A stretch of 64,000 nucleotides of DNA from Nitrosopumilus sp. (GTDB lineage Archaea > Thermoproteota > Nitrososphaeria > Nitrososphaerales > Nitrosopumilaceae): assembly GCA_963667665.2 (NCBI GenBank), contig OY763927.2, forward strand, positions 1,696,001 through 1,760,000, read 5' to 3'. The notes below the pieces were generated by a model that worked only from the letters and a program-made list of their open reading frames with translations, was not told the DNA's origin and ran no database searches. The position numbers and the translations under genes are program-made. Numbering within the stretch: the stretch's first letter is position 1; the number at the start of each line of letters is the position of its first letter. Of this stretch, positions 50,970-60,461 are shown piece after piece.

Positions 50970-51953
50970 ATGCTAGGTTTAGGAATTGAAAGCACAGCAC
51001 ACACATTTTCTTGTGCAATAATTGAAAAAAAGGGAAAGCAAGGAAAAATTCTTTCTGATGTACGAAAAATTTATCAACCTGCAGATGGAGAAGGAATTCA
51101 TCCAAGAGAAGCGTCTCGTCATCATATTGAGAATAGTTCTTCAGTATTGTTTGAATGCCTTAAAGAGGCAAATATGACAATCCAAGATCTTGATCTTATT
51201 TCTTATGCTGCAGGCCCGGGATTAGGTCCATGTTTACGAGTTGGTGCAGTTGTTGCAAGATCTTTAGCCTCATTTTATAAAATTCCAATTTATCCTGTCA
51301 ATCACGCAATTGGTCACATTGAATTAGGAAAACTTCTTACAGGTGCAACTAATCCTTTGGTACTTTTAGTATCTGGAGGACATACTATGCTTTTGGCATT
51401 TCTCAATAAACAGTGGAGAGTTTTTGGTGAAACTTTGGATATTACATTGGGTCAATTACTTGATCAATTTGGGAGATCTATTGGATTTGCTTCACCATGT
51501 GGAAAAAATATAGAAGAATTAGCATCATCATCATCTAACTATGTTACATTACCATATTCAGTAAAAGGAAATGATGTTTCTTTCTCGGGTTTATTATCTG
51601 CTACAAAATCTATTGCAAAGAAAAATAAAATTGATGCATGTTATTCACTTCAAGAAACTGCTTTTGCAATGATTAGTGAGGTTGTAGAACGTGCTTTGTC
51701 ATTCACAGGTAAAAAAGAATTTTTGATAGTAGGTGGTGTTGCAGCTAACAAAAGATTATCTGAAATGCTTCATGATGTATGTAAACGACATGGATCAAAG
51801 TTTTTTGCAATTCCGATACAATATGCTGGAGATTGTGGAAGTCAAATATGTTGGACTGGACTTTTAGAATCCCAAGTCAAGCAAGGTGCTTTACTAAAAG
51901 ATACTATGGTCACACAATCTTGGAGATTAGATTCAGTTAAAATAGATTATTGA
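50970..51953 (+). CDS. kae1: KEOPS N6-threonylcarbamoyltransferase Kae1
   Basis: GIESTAHT, GIHPREA, GPGLGPCL, VNHAIGHIE, VSGGHT, GETLD, GGVAAN. Confidence 0.95.
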   Translation: MLGLGIESTAHTFSCAIIEKKGKQGKILSDVRKIYQPADGEGIHPREASRHHIENSSSVLFECLKEANMTIQDLDLISYAAGPGLGPCLRVGAVVARSLASFYKIPIYPVNHAIGHIELGKLLTGATNPLVLLVSGGHTMLLAFLNKQWRVFGETLDITLGQLLDQFGRSIGFASPCGKNIEELASSSSNYVTLPYSVKGNDVSFSGLLSATKSIAKKNKIDACYSLQETAFAMISEVVERALSFTGKKEFLIVGGVAANKRLSEMLHDVCKRHGSKFFAIPIQYAGDCGSQICWTGLLESQVKQGALLKDTMVTQSWRLDSVKIDY

Positions 51954-52264
51954 TTTTTAATTGCCTCATCGATACTTTTGAGCCAACCTTTTGTGCTAAA
52001 AACACCAAACTTGTAAGTTTGTTCATCGTTTTCTATCTTTGCAGTAAAACATACTTTCTTAATTAGTAATCCTTCTTTCCATGTTTTAGTCACATTATCT
52101 AATGAAATATCCAGTATAGTATCACCCATGTGTTTAGAAAAATCCATCAATCTTGATCTTGTTTTATCAAATGCCAATCTCTTGTTAGTTAATGTCAGAA
52201 TTCCTGAACCTAAATTATCTTCACTGCAATCTTCTTGTTTTATTTTTTTTTCTCCCTCTTCCAT
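51947..52264 (-). CDS. Hypothetical protein with a PH/GRAM-like fold
   Basis: GILTLTNKRLAF motif and a terminal W...I helix. Confidence 0.6.
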   Translation of the reverse strand: MEEGEKKIKQEDCSEDNLGSGILTLTNKRLAFDKTRSRLMDFSKHMGDTILDISLDNVTKTWKEGLLIKKVCFTAKIENDEQTYKFGVFSTKGWLKSIDEAIKNQ

Positions 52265-52286
52265 GATTAATTTTTATTGAATCCCT

Positions 52287-52922
52287 TTGGATATAATGTT
52301 AATGAAATTAAGAAAAAAAGGAGCAGAAGCTGACATTTATCAATCTAAATGGCAAAATTCTAAAGCAATTCTTAAAATTAGAAAAATAAAAAATTATCGT
52401 AACACTTCACTTGATTTAAAAATACGTAAACAAAGAACAATAAAAGAATCTCAAATATTATCTCAAGTAAAGTCATTTGGAATTCCAACGCCTCTTGTTT
52501 ACTTTGTAAACTTGGAAAAAGCCTTGATTGTAATGCAAGAAATTCCTGGAAAACCAATTCATGATTTACCTGAATTAAAAATTGTTGAATTATCCAAAGA
52601 AATTGGAAAGTTAGTTGGAATGCTTCACAAGAATGGAGTTATGCATGGGGATTTGACAACATCCAACTTCATTTTATTCAAAAATACTGTGTTTGTCATT
52701 GATTTTGGATTGTCTCAAAATACAATAAAACCTGAAGATCATGCAGTTGATCTAAGATTAATCAAAGAAATTCTTAACAGTGCTCATGCAAAAATCATGG
52801 ATGCATCTTGGAAAAATTTCCTAAGTGGTTACAAATCTGTAGTTGGAAATGCAAATTATGTTAAAATCACAAAACTAGTTTCAGAAATAGAAAGTCGTGG
52901 TAGATATGCAACAGTCGTTTGA
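52287..52922 (+). CDS. bud32: KEOPS kinase Bud32
   Basis: KGAEADIY, K.R..K.YR, HGDLTTSN, IDFGLS, AVDL, RGRY. Confidence 0.95.
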   Translation: MDIMLMKLRKKGAEADIYQSKWQNSKAILKIRKIKNYRNTSLDLKIRKQRTIKESQILSQVKSFGIPTPLVYFVNLEKALIVMQEIPGKPIHDLPELKIVELSKEIGKLVGMLHKNGVMHGDLTTSNFILFKNTVFVIDFGLSQNTIKPEDHAVDLRLIKEILNSAHAKIMDASWKNFLSGYKSVVGNANYVKITKLVSEIESRGRYATVV

Positions 52923-53454
52923 TCTATTTTTTGTATCCTCAAATAGGCACAAATACCAAGAGGCAAAAAAGATTCTGGATTCCTTTGGAATAAAACTGGG
53001 TTTTTTCAAATTTTATTTAGAAGAGATTCAATCAAGTTCTCTTAAAGAAATTGCATCAAAAAAAGCAAAAGATGCATTTTCTAAATGTAAAAAACCTGTA
53101 ATAATTGAAGATGATGGTTTGTTTATTGATTCACTTTGTGGATTTCCAGGTCCATATTCATCATATGTTTTCAAAACAATCGGCAACAAAGGAATTCTTG
53201 AACTCTTAAAAAATAAAAGAAAGGCAAAGTTTGTTTCTATTATTAGTTATTGTGATAAAAAAATTCTACAATCTTTTGATGCAAAACTTGATGGAACAAT
53301 ATCACATTCACAAAAAGGAAAAGGTTGGGGATATGATCCGATCTTTATTCCAAAAAATACCAGAAAAACATTTGCTGAAATGAATAACAAAAATGAACTA
53401 TCACATAGGTACAAAGCACTGAAAAAATTTTCTAATTGGTATTTGCATAAGTAG
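52897..53454 (+). CDS. rdgB: Non-canonical purine NTP pyrophosphatase (RdgB/HAM1)
   Basis: SSNRHK, EEIQ, EDDGL, GFPGPYS, GWGYDPIF, SHRYKA. Confidence 0.93.
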   Translation: MVDMQQSFDLFFVSSNRHKYQEAKKILDSFGIKLGFFKFYLEEIQSSSLKEIASKKAKDAFSKCKKPVIIEDDGLFIDSLCGFPGPYSSYVFKTIGNKGILELLKNKRKAKFVSIISYCDKKILQSFDAKLDGTISHSQKGKGWGYDPIFIPKNTRKTFAEMNNKNELSHRYKALKKFSNWYLHK

Positions 53455-54460
53455 GAATATAACGTTCAATTGTTCGTTCGTTATTCTGTAAGACTGAAAT
53501 TCTTGAAACAAAACTTTCATCCATTACTGAAAATATCTTACTTTGTTTTGCAACCTGTTCACTAAAATTTTTTATTTCCTCCATTTCTAACATATTAGAA
53601 TGCTCTAATCTATTGGTTGAACGGCCAATATGCATGTATGATTTTATTTCAATAAAGTGTGGACTAGCTTTTCTAACCATTTCTGCAAAAACTGGAATCA
53701 TTTCTTTAATGTCATTATAATCTCTAATCAGAGTAATTCTTAGAACTGTTCTTGTTTTCAAATGCTTTAACATTGAAAGAGTTCTATTCCATCTTTCCCA
53801 TGAATCATCATATTTTGGTTGGTTTATTTTCTTAAATGATTCATAGTCTGCAGCATTTGTTGATAAGTACAATTGTGTTGGTAATGCATCTTCATCTTGT
53901 AACCTTTGTATCATATCTGGTTCTTGTCCATTGGTTACAAGAAAAGTTGACTTTGTTGCTTTAAGTGAGTGTAGATATTTGATTAGTTCTGGTAATTTTG
54001 GATACATTGTTGGTTCACCAGAAAGTGAAATCGAATAATGACTAGGTAATAATGATTCATCTAATCTTTGTTTATCATTTCTTGAATCTCCATAATATCC
54101 ATTAATCAGTTCTTTTCTTTCAATCATCAATTTTGTCATGATCTCTTCAGGTTCTGCAACTTGTTTTGGATCCATTTTTAATGAATCATAAAATTCCATT
54201 GGTCTCCAACAATACACACAGCGATTCTCACAATGCATTCCAGCTGGGGAAAACTCCATACATCCATGAGTTGAAATTCCATAAAACTTGTGTTTATAGC
54301 AATTTCCTTCATGTTTGAACGATTTTTTTGTCCAATGACACAATGCAACTGTAGCATGATCAGCAATTCCGTACTTTGCTTTTTTTAATTGCTTAGCTAT
54401 TGCAGGTTTTATCTGAATTAATCGATCTTCTTCTTCAACTGTTTCAGCAGAGCAACTCAT
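53432..54460 (-). CDS. taw1: 4-demethylwyosine synthase (radical SAM, TYW1)
   Basis: CHWTK, CYKHKFYGI, CENRCVYCWR, SLSGEPT, LVTNG, KSYMHIG. Confidence 0.94.
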   Translation of the reverse strand: MSCSAETVEEEDRLIQIKPAIAKQLKKAKYGIADHATVALCHWTKKSFKHEGNCYKHKFYGISTHGCMEFSPAGMHCENRCVYCWRPMEFYDSLKMDPKQVAEPEEIMTKLMIERKELINGYYGDSRNDKQRLDESLLPSHYSISLSGEPTMYPKLPELIKYLHSLKATKSTFLVTNGQEPDMIQRLQDEDALPTQLYLSTNAADYESFKKINQPKYDDSWERWNRTLSMLKHLKTRTVLRITLIRDYNDIKEMIPVFAEMVRKASPHFIEIKSYMHIGRSTNRLEHSNMLEMEEIKNFSEQVAKQSKIFSVMDESFVSRISVLQNNERTIERYIPTYANTN

Positions 54461-54597
54461 GAATTCTATTCTAGTTTTTGTTTACTTAAATTGATCGAGT
54501 TTTTGTCCATCATGGAAATTTTTCTTAACACTTATTACAATTTTGAGTCGATTCTAGAGTGAGGTTTATTTACTGGATCCCCAAGGTAATTTTAGCA

Positions 54598-56961
54598 TTG
54601 AAAAGTATACATAAGTTATCATTCCTATTTTTGCTATTTGCTACATTGACTAGCATGCCTATATCCTATACTTTTGCTGCTGAGGACTTGGATAATGATG
54701 GTGTTGAAGATTCTATGGATTCATGTCCAAATTTGCAAGAAGATTATGAAGGTACTATTGATGGTTGTCCATCAAACTTTGTTCCATGGTATGATGAAGA
54801 CTATGATGGAATACAAGATCATCTAGATCAATGTCCAAATGTAAGGGAAACCTACAATCTATTCCAAGATGAAGATGGTTGTCCTGATGTATCTATTGAA
54901 GGTGGTGCAGGTGGATTACCTGATTCTGATGGTGATGGTTTTTCTGATATTAGAGATCTATGTCCAAATCAACCAGAAACATTCAATGGTGTTTTAGATA
55001 GAGACGGTTGTCCTGATGATGTTGGTTCAGGTGACAGAGACTTGGATGGAGTTCCAGATGCTGTTGATGAATGTCCGTTAAGTGCAGAAACTTACAACAG
55101 ATTCCAAGACGATGACGGTTGTCCTGATTTTATTAGTGATTCTACTTTTACTGACAATGAAAGTATTCCATATACTACATTAGATTCTTCATTTGATGAT
55201 CAAGATGGTGATGGAATAGCAGACCAATTTGATATCTGTCCTAATCAACCAGAAACTTACAATAGATTTGCTGATTATGATGGTTGTCCAGATTCAATTC
55301 AATCATTCGCCGATACATTAAATGATGTTGATGGTGATAGAATCATGGATGCAGATGATGCATGTCCTTTAGAACCTGAAAGATACAACGGTTTCCAAGA
55401 CGATGACGGTTGTCCAGACATTCCTCCTTATTCTAGTGATACTGATTCAGACCTTGATGGAGTTCCAAATAGTATTGATCAATGTCCTTTAGTTGCAGAG
55501 TCTTACAACATGTTCCAAGATGCTGATGGCTGTCCTGATTTTATAGGAGCTAATAAAGAAATCCCAGATACTGATGGTGATGGAATTAATGATTATTCAG
55601 ATTTGTGTCCAACCCAACCAGAAACATTCAATGGAGTTTTTGATAGAGATGGTTGCCCAGATACTCTTAGCACTTCACAAGACAGAGACTTAGATGGTGT
55701 TCCTGATAATCTAGATCAATGCCCAATTGCTAAAGAAACTTACAATAATTTCCAAGACGATGACGGTTGTCCTGATAGTATATCTGGATTAATACCATTT
55801 GACTTTGATGGTGATAATATTTCAGATTTGAAAGATAAATGTCCACTAGAACCTGAAGTGTATAATGGATATCAAGACCAAGATGGTTGTCCTGATGAAT
55901 TGGTTTCTGATTCTGACGGTGATGGAGTTAGAGATTCATTAGACAAATGTCCTACAACTGCAGAAACTTGGAATAGATATCAAGATGCTGACGGTTGTCC
56001 TGACAATCCAACAGAATTCGATTCAGACTTTGATGGTATTTTAGATTCAGTTGATCAATGTCCACTTGACAGAGAACGATACAACGGTTTCCAAGATGAT
56101 GACGGTTGTCCAGATTATCCTGATTTTGTAACTAGCATGGATTCAGACTTTGATGGAATCATGGATGCAGATGATGCATGTCCTTTAGTTCCAGAATCTT
56201 ATAACATGTTCCAAGATGAAGATGGCTGTCCCGACTTTGTAGGTGAGAATAAAGAAGTTCCTGATACTGACAATGATGGAATTAATGATTACAAAGATCA
56301 TTGTCCAAATCAAGCTGAAACATATAATGGAATTCTTGATTTAGACGGTTGTCCAGATGAGTATATCTTAAAGAATGATCGTGACTTGGATGGATTACCA
56401 GATGCTATTGATGCATGTCCACTTGCTCAAGAAACTTACAATAGATATCAAGATGATGACGGTTGTCCAGATACTGTATCAGAATCATTTGTAATTGACT
56501 CTGATAATGATGGCATTAATGATGTCTATGATGATTGTCCTCTAGTTGCTGAAAACTATAACGGATTCCAAGATGATGATGGTTGTCCGGATATTAATGA
56601 TACTCAACCTGATTCTGATGGTGATGGTGTTCCAGATGTGATGGATGTGTGTCCTGAACAAATGGAAACTTTGAACGGATTTGCTGATTATGATGGTTGT
56701 CCAGATGTTATGCCAACTGGAAATATTACAAATGATAGTGATCAAGATGGCATAAATGATGAAATTGATTTATGTCCAAATGAAAAAGAGTCTTGGAACA
56801 AGTACAATGACAAAGACGGTTGTCCAGATATTGCTCCAGAACAATCAAGATACAAACATGATGCTGATTTAGACAATATTATCAATGACTATGACTTGTG
56901 TCCTCTAGAACCTGAGGATTATGATGGTGATAGAGATACCGACGGCTGTCCTGACCCATAA
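54598..56961 (+). CDS. Secreted thrombospondin type 3-like repeat protein 1 (19 modules)
   Basis: Signal peptide; tandem DxDxDGxxDxxDxCP-xxxExYNxFxDxDGCPD modules; the TTG at 54598 is preferred because a TATA-like TTTATTTA lies at 54565. Confidence 0.88.
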   Translation: MKSIHKLSFLFLLFATLTSMPISYTFAAEDLDNDGVEDSMDSCPNLQEDYEGTIDGCPSNFVPWYDEDYDGIQDHLDQCPNVRETYNLFQDEDGCPDVSIEGGAGGLPDSDGDGFSDIRDLCPNQPETFNGVLDRDGCPDDVGSGDRDLDGVPDAVDECPLSAETYNRFQDDDGCPDFISDSTFTDNESIPYTTLDSSFDDQDGDGIADQFDICPNQPETYNRFADYDGCPDSIQSFADTLNDVDGDRIMDADDACPLEPERYNGFQDDDGCPDIPPYSSDTDSDLDGVPNSIDQCPLVAESYNMFQDADGCPDFIGANKEIPDTDGDGINDYSDLCPTQPETFNGVFDRDGCPDTLSTSQDRDLDGVPDNLDQCPIAKETYNNFQDDDGCPDSISGLIPFDFDGDNISDLKDKCPLEPEVYNGYQDQDGCPDELVSDSDGDGVRDSLDKCPTTAETWNRYQDADGCPDNPTEFDSDFDGILDSVDQCPLDRERYNGFQDDDGCPDYPDFVTSMDSDFDGIMDADDACPLVPESYNMFQDEDGCPDFVGENKEVPDTDNDGINDYKDHCPNQAETYNGILDLDGCPDEYILKNDRDLDGLPDAIDACPLAQETYNRYQDDDGCPDTVSESFVIDSDNDGINDVYDDCPLVAENYNGFQDDDGCPDINDTQPDSDGDGVPDVMDVCPEQMETLNGFADYDGCPDVMPTGNITNDSDQDGINDEIDLCPNEKESWNKYNDKDGCPDIAPEQSRYKHDADLDNIINDYDLCPLEPEDYDGDRDTDGCPDP

Positions 56962-56973
56962 TAGTATCGTAAA

Positions 56974-59900
56974 ATGAAAAAACAATTTCTTTTAGGATTT
57001 TTGCTTTTACTTACCTCCACCATTGGTATGTTTTCAGGTGGTGTTTATGCCGCCGAACCAATTGATTCTGATGGTGATGGAGTTCCTGATAATCTAGATC
57101 AATGTCCTAATCTTCTTGAAGATTATGATCCACAATATGGCAACAACATAGACGGTTGTCCTGCAGACTTTGTTCCATGGTATGATGCTGACTTTGATGG
57201 AATACAAGATCATCTAGATAATTGTCCAACTGTAAGGGAAACCTACAATCTATTCCAAGATACTGATGGATGTCCTGATTTATCACCTGTTGATGCAAAA
57301 GGCATTGCAGATTCTGATGGTGATAATATTCACGATTTTCTAGATTTATGTCCAAATCAACCAGAGACATTCAATGGTATTGATGACAAAGACGGTTGTC
57401 CTGATGATGTTTCTGCTTTAATGGATAGTGATCAAGATGGAATTTCTGATACAATGGATGCATGCCCACTAGAACCTGAAACCTACAACTTTTATCAAGA
57501 CCAAGACGGTTGTCCTGATTCTGTTGATACAATAGATTTGACATATACTTTTCCAGACACTGATGGTGATGGAATTGATGATAGATGGGATCAATGTATT
57601 GATGAACCTGAAAACTATAATGGTTATTTAGATTGGGATGGATGTTCAGATATACCTGGAACTACTTCTCTTGTAGTACCAGATACTGATTATGATGGAA
57701 TCCCAGATGATATAGATGATTGTCCATTAGACCGCGAAAATTATAATAGATTCCAAGACGATGACGGATGTCCTGATAGTATTGATTATGAAATAGTTGG
57801 TGATGCTGATGGTGACGGCATTTTAGATCCAAACGATTCTTGTCCTTTCAGTTCTGAAACTTACAACAAATTCCAAGATGAAGATGGATGTCCAGATTAT
57901 GTAGCAGACAACAAAATAACTGCTGACACTGACGGTGATGGCATTCCAGATGTTCTAGATTTGTGTCCAAATCAACCAGAGACATTTAATGGATTCCTAG
58001 ATGGCGATGGTTGTCCTGATAGTTTTGATTCTAAACTTGATTCTGATATGGATGGTATTGTAGATGTCTCTGATGCATGTCCACTAGAACCTGAAACTTA
58101 CAATCTTTTCTTAGATAGTGATGGCTGTCCTGATTCTGTTGATTCTATTGTTTCATCTTACATCTTTGCAGACACTGATGGTGATGGAATTGATGATAGA
58201 TGGGATCAATGTATTGATGAACCTGAAAATTATAATGATTATCTAGATAACGATGGTTGCCCAGATGTTAAGGGTACAACTGCAGGTGATATACTTGATG
58301 CTGATTATGATGGAATCCAAGATCATTTAGATCAATGTCCAACATTAGCTGAAAGATACAACGGATTCCAAGACGATGACGGATGTCCTGATAGTATTGA
58401 TTATCAAACAATTGGTGATTTTGATGGTGATGGTATCTATGATAATCTAGATCATTGTCCAACTGCTAAAGAGACTTACAACTTTTACTTAGACGAAGAT
58501 GGTTGTCCTGATTATGTAGCAGCCAACAAAATAACTGCTGACACTGACGGTGATGGCATTCCAGATGTTCTAGATTTGTGTCCAAATCAACCAGAGACAT
58601 TTAATGGATTCCTAGATGGCGATGGTTGTCCTGATAGTTTTGATTCTAAACTTGATTCTGATATGGATGGTATTGTAGATGTCTCTGATGCATGTCCACT
58701 AGAACCTGAAACTTACAATCTTTTCTTAGATAGTGATGGCTGTCCTGATTCTGTTGATTCTATTGTTTCATCTTACATCTTTGCAGACACTGATGGTGAT
58801 GGAATTGATGATAGATGGGATCAATGTATTGATGAACCTGAAAATTATAATGATTATCAAGATACTGATGGTTGTCCAGATGTTAAGGGTACAACTGCAG
58901 GTGATATACTTGATGCTGATTATGATGGAATCCCAGATGATATAGATGATTGTCCATTAGACCGCGAAAATTATAATAGATTCCAAGACGATGACGGATG
59001 TCCTGATAGTATTGATTATGAAATAGTTGGTGATGCTGATGGTGACGGCATTTTAGATCCAAACGATTCTTGTCCTTTCAGTTCTGAAACTTACAACAAA
59101 TTCCAAGATGAAGATGGATGTCCAGATTATGTAGCAGACAACAAAATAACTGCTGACACTGACGGTGATGGCATTCCAGATGTTCTAGATTTGTGTCCAA
59201 ATCAACCAGAGACATTTAATGGATTCCTAGATGGCGATGGTTGTCCTGATAGTTTTGATTCTAAACTTGATTCTGATATGGATGGTATTGTAGATGTCTC
59301 TGATGCATGTCCACTAGAACCTGAAACTTACAATCTTTTCTTAGATAGTGATGGCTGTCCTGATTCTGTTGATTCTATTGTTTCATCTTACATCTTTGCA
59401 GACACTGATGGTGATGGAATTGATGATAGATGGGATCAATGTATTGATGAACCTGAAAACTATAATGATTATCTAGATAACGATGGTTGCCCAGATGTTA
59501 AGGGTACAACTGCAGGTGATATACTTGATGCTGATTATGATGGAATCCAAGATCATTTAGATCAATGTCCAACATTAGCTGAAAGATACAACGGATTCCA
59601 AGACGATGACGGATGTCCTGATAGTATTGATTATCAAACAATTGGTGATGCTGACGGTGACGGCATTTTAGATCCAAACGATTCTTGTCCTTTCAGTTCT
59701 GAAACTTACAACAAATTCCAAGATGAAGACGGTTGTCCTGATTATGTAGCAGCCAACAAAATAACTGCTGACACTGACGGTGATGGCATTCCAGATGTTC
59801 TAGATTTGTGTCCAAATCAACCAGAGACATTTAATGGATTCCTAGATGGTGATGGTTGTCCTGATAGTTTTGATTCTAAACTTGATTCTGATATGGATGG

Positions 59901-60375
59901 TATTGTAGATGTCTCTGATGCATGTCCACTAGAACCTGAAACTTACAACATGTTCCAAGATGAAGACGGTTGTCCTGATTCTGTTGATTCTATTGTTTCA
60001 TCTTACATCTTTGCAGACACTGATGGTGATGGAATTGATGATAGATGGGATCAATGTATTGATGAACCTGAAAATTATAATGATTATCAAGATACTGATG
60101 GTTGTCCAGATATACCTGGTGCAGAATCAACTACTCCTACATATGCAGATTCTGACGGTGATGGATATCCAGATGTTACTGACTCTTGTCCAACAAACCC
60201 AGAAACTTGGAATAAATATCTAGACTCTGATGGTTGTCCGGATACTGCTCCAGAACAAAAGAGATTTGCCCATGATGATGACCTAGATGGTATCATTAAT
60301 GATGTAGATTTGTGTCCTCTTGATCCTGAAGATTATGATGGAGATAGAGATACCGATGGCTGTCCAGATCCATAA
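56974..60375 (+). CDS. Secreted thrombospondin type 3-like repeat protein 2 (27 modules)
   Basis: Signal peptide ending VYA; 27 Asp/Cys modules; no TM anchor. Confidence 0.88.
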   Translation: MKKQFLLGFLLLLTSTIGMFSGGVYAAEPIDSDGDGVPDNLDQCPNLLEDYDPQYGNNIDGCPADFVPWYDADFDGIQDHLDNCPTVRETYNLFQDTDGCPDLSPVDAKGIADSDGDNIHDFLDLCPNQPETFNGIDDKDGCPDDVSALMDSDQDGISDTMDACPLEPETYNFYQDQDGCPDSVDTIDLTYTFPDTDGDGIDDRWDQCIDEPENYNGYLDWDGCSDIPGTTSLVVPDTDYDGIPDDIDDCPLDRENYNRFQDDDGCPDSIDYEIVGDADGDGILDPNDSCPFSSETYNKFQDEDGCPDYVADNKITADTDGDGIPDVLDLCPNQPETFNGFLDGDGCPDSFDSKLDSDMDGIVDVSDACPLEPETYNLFLDSDGCPDSVDSIVSSYIFADTDGDGIDDRWDQCIDEPENYNDYLDNDGCPDVKGTTAGDILDADYDGIQDHLDQCPTLAERYNGFQDDDGCPDSIDYQTIGDFDGDGIYDNLDHCPTAKETYNFYLDEDGCPDYVAANKITADTDGDGIPDVLDLCPNQPETFNGFLDGDGCPDSFDSKLDSDMDGIVDVSDACPLEPETYNLFLDSDGCPDSVDSIVSSYIFADTDGDGIDDRWDQCIDEPENYNDYQDTDGCPDVKGTTAGDILDADYDGIPDDIDDCPLDRENYNRFQDDDGCPDSIDYEIVGDADGDGILDPNDSCPFSSETYNKFQDEDGCPDYVADNKITADTDGDGIPDVLDLCPNQPETFNGFLDGDGCPDSFDSKLDSDMDGIVDVSDACPLEPETYNLFLDSDGCPDSVDSIVSSYIFADTDGDGIDDRWDQCIDEPENYNDYLDNDGCPDVKGTTAGDILDADYDGIQDHLDQCPTLAERYNGFQDDDGCPDSIDYQTIGDADGDGILDPNDSCPFSSETYNKFQDEDGCPDYVAANKITADTDGDGIPDVLDLCPNQPETFNGFLDGDGCPDSFDSKLDSDMDGIVDVSDACPLEPETYNMFQDEDGCPDSVDSIVSSYIFADTDGDGIDDRWDQCIDEPENYNDYQDTDGCPDIPGAESTTPTYADSDGDGYPDVTDSCPTNPETWNKYLDSDGCPDTAPEQKRFAHDDDLDGIINDVDLCPLDPEDYDGDRDTDGCPDP
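57688..60111 (+). repeat. Intragenic tandem repeat, about 4 x 615 bp (205 aa, five modules per unit)
   Basis: ATAACTGCTGACACTGACGGTGATGGCATTCC recurs at 57916, 58531, 59146 and 59761 (exact 615-bp spacing). Confidence 0.95.
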
Positions 60376-60461
60376 TCAATCTTTTTTTGACTTTAAAATT
60401 ATAGAAGAATCTATTTAACGTGAAACTTAATAAATACTTGATAATAGCGAAGTCAGAGAGA

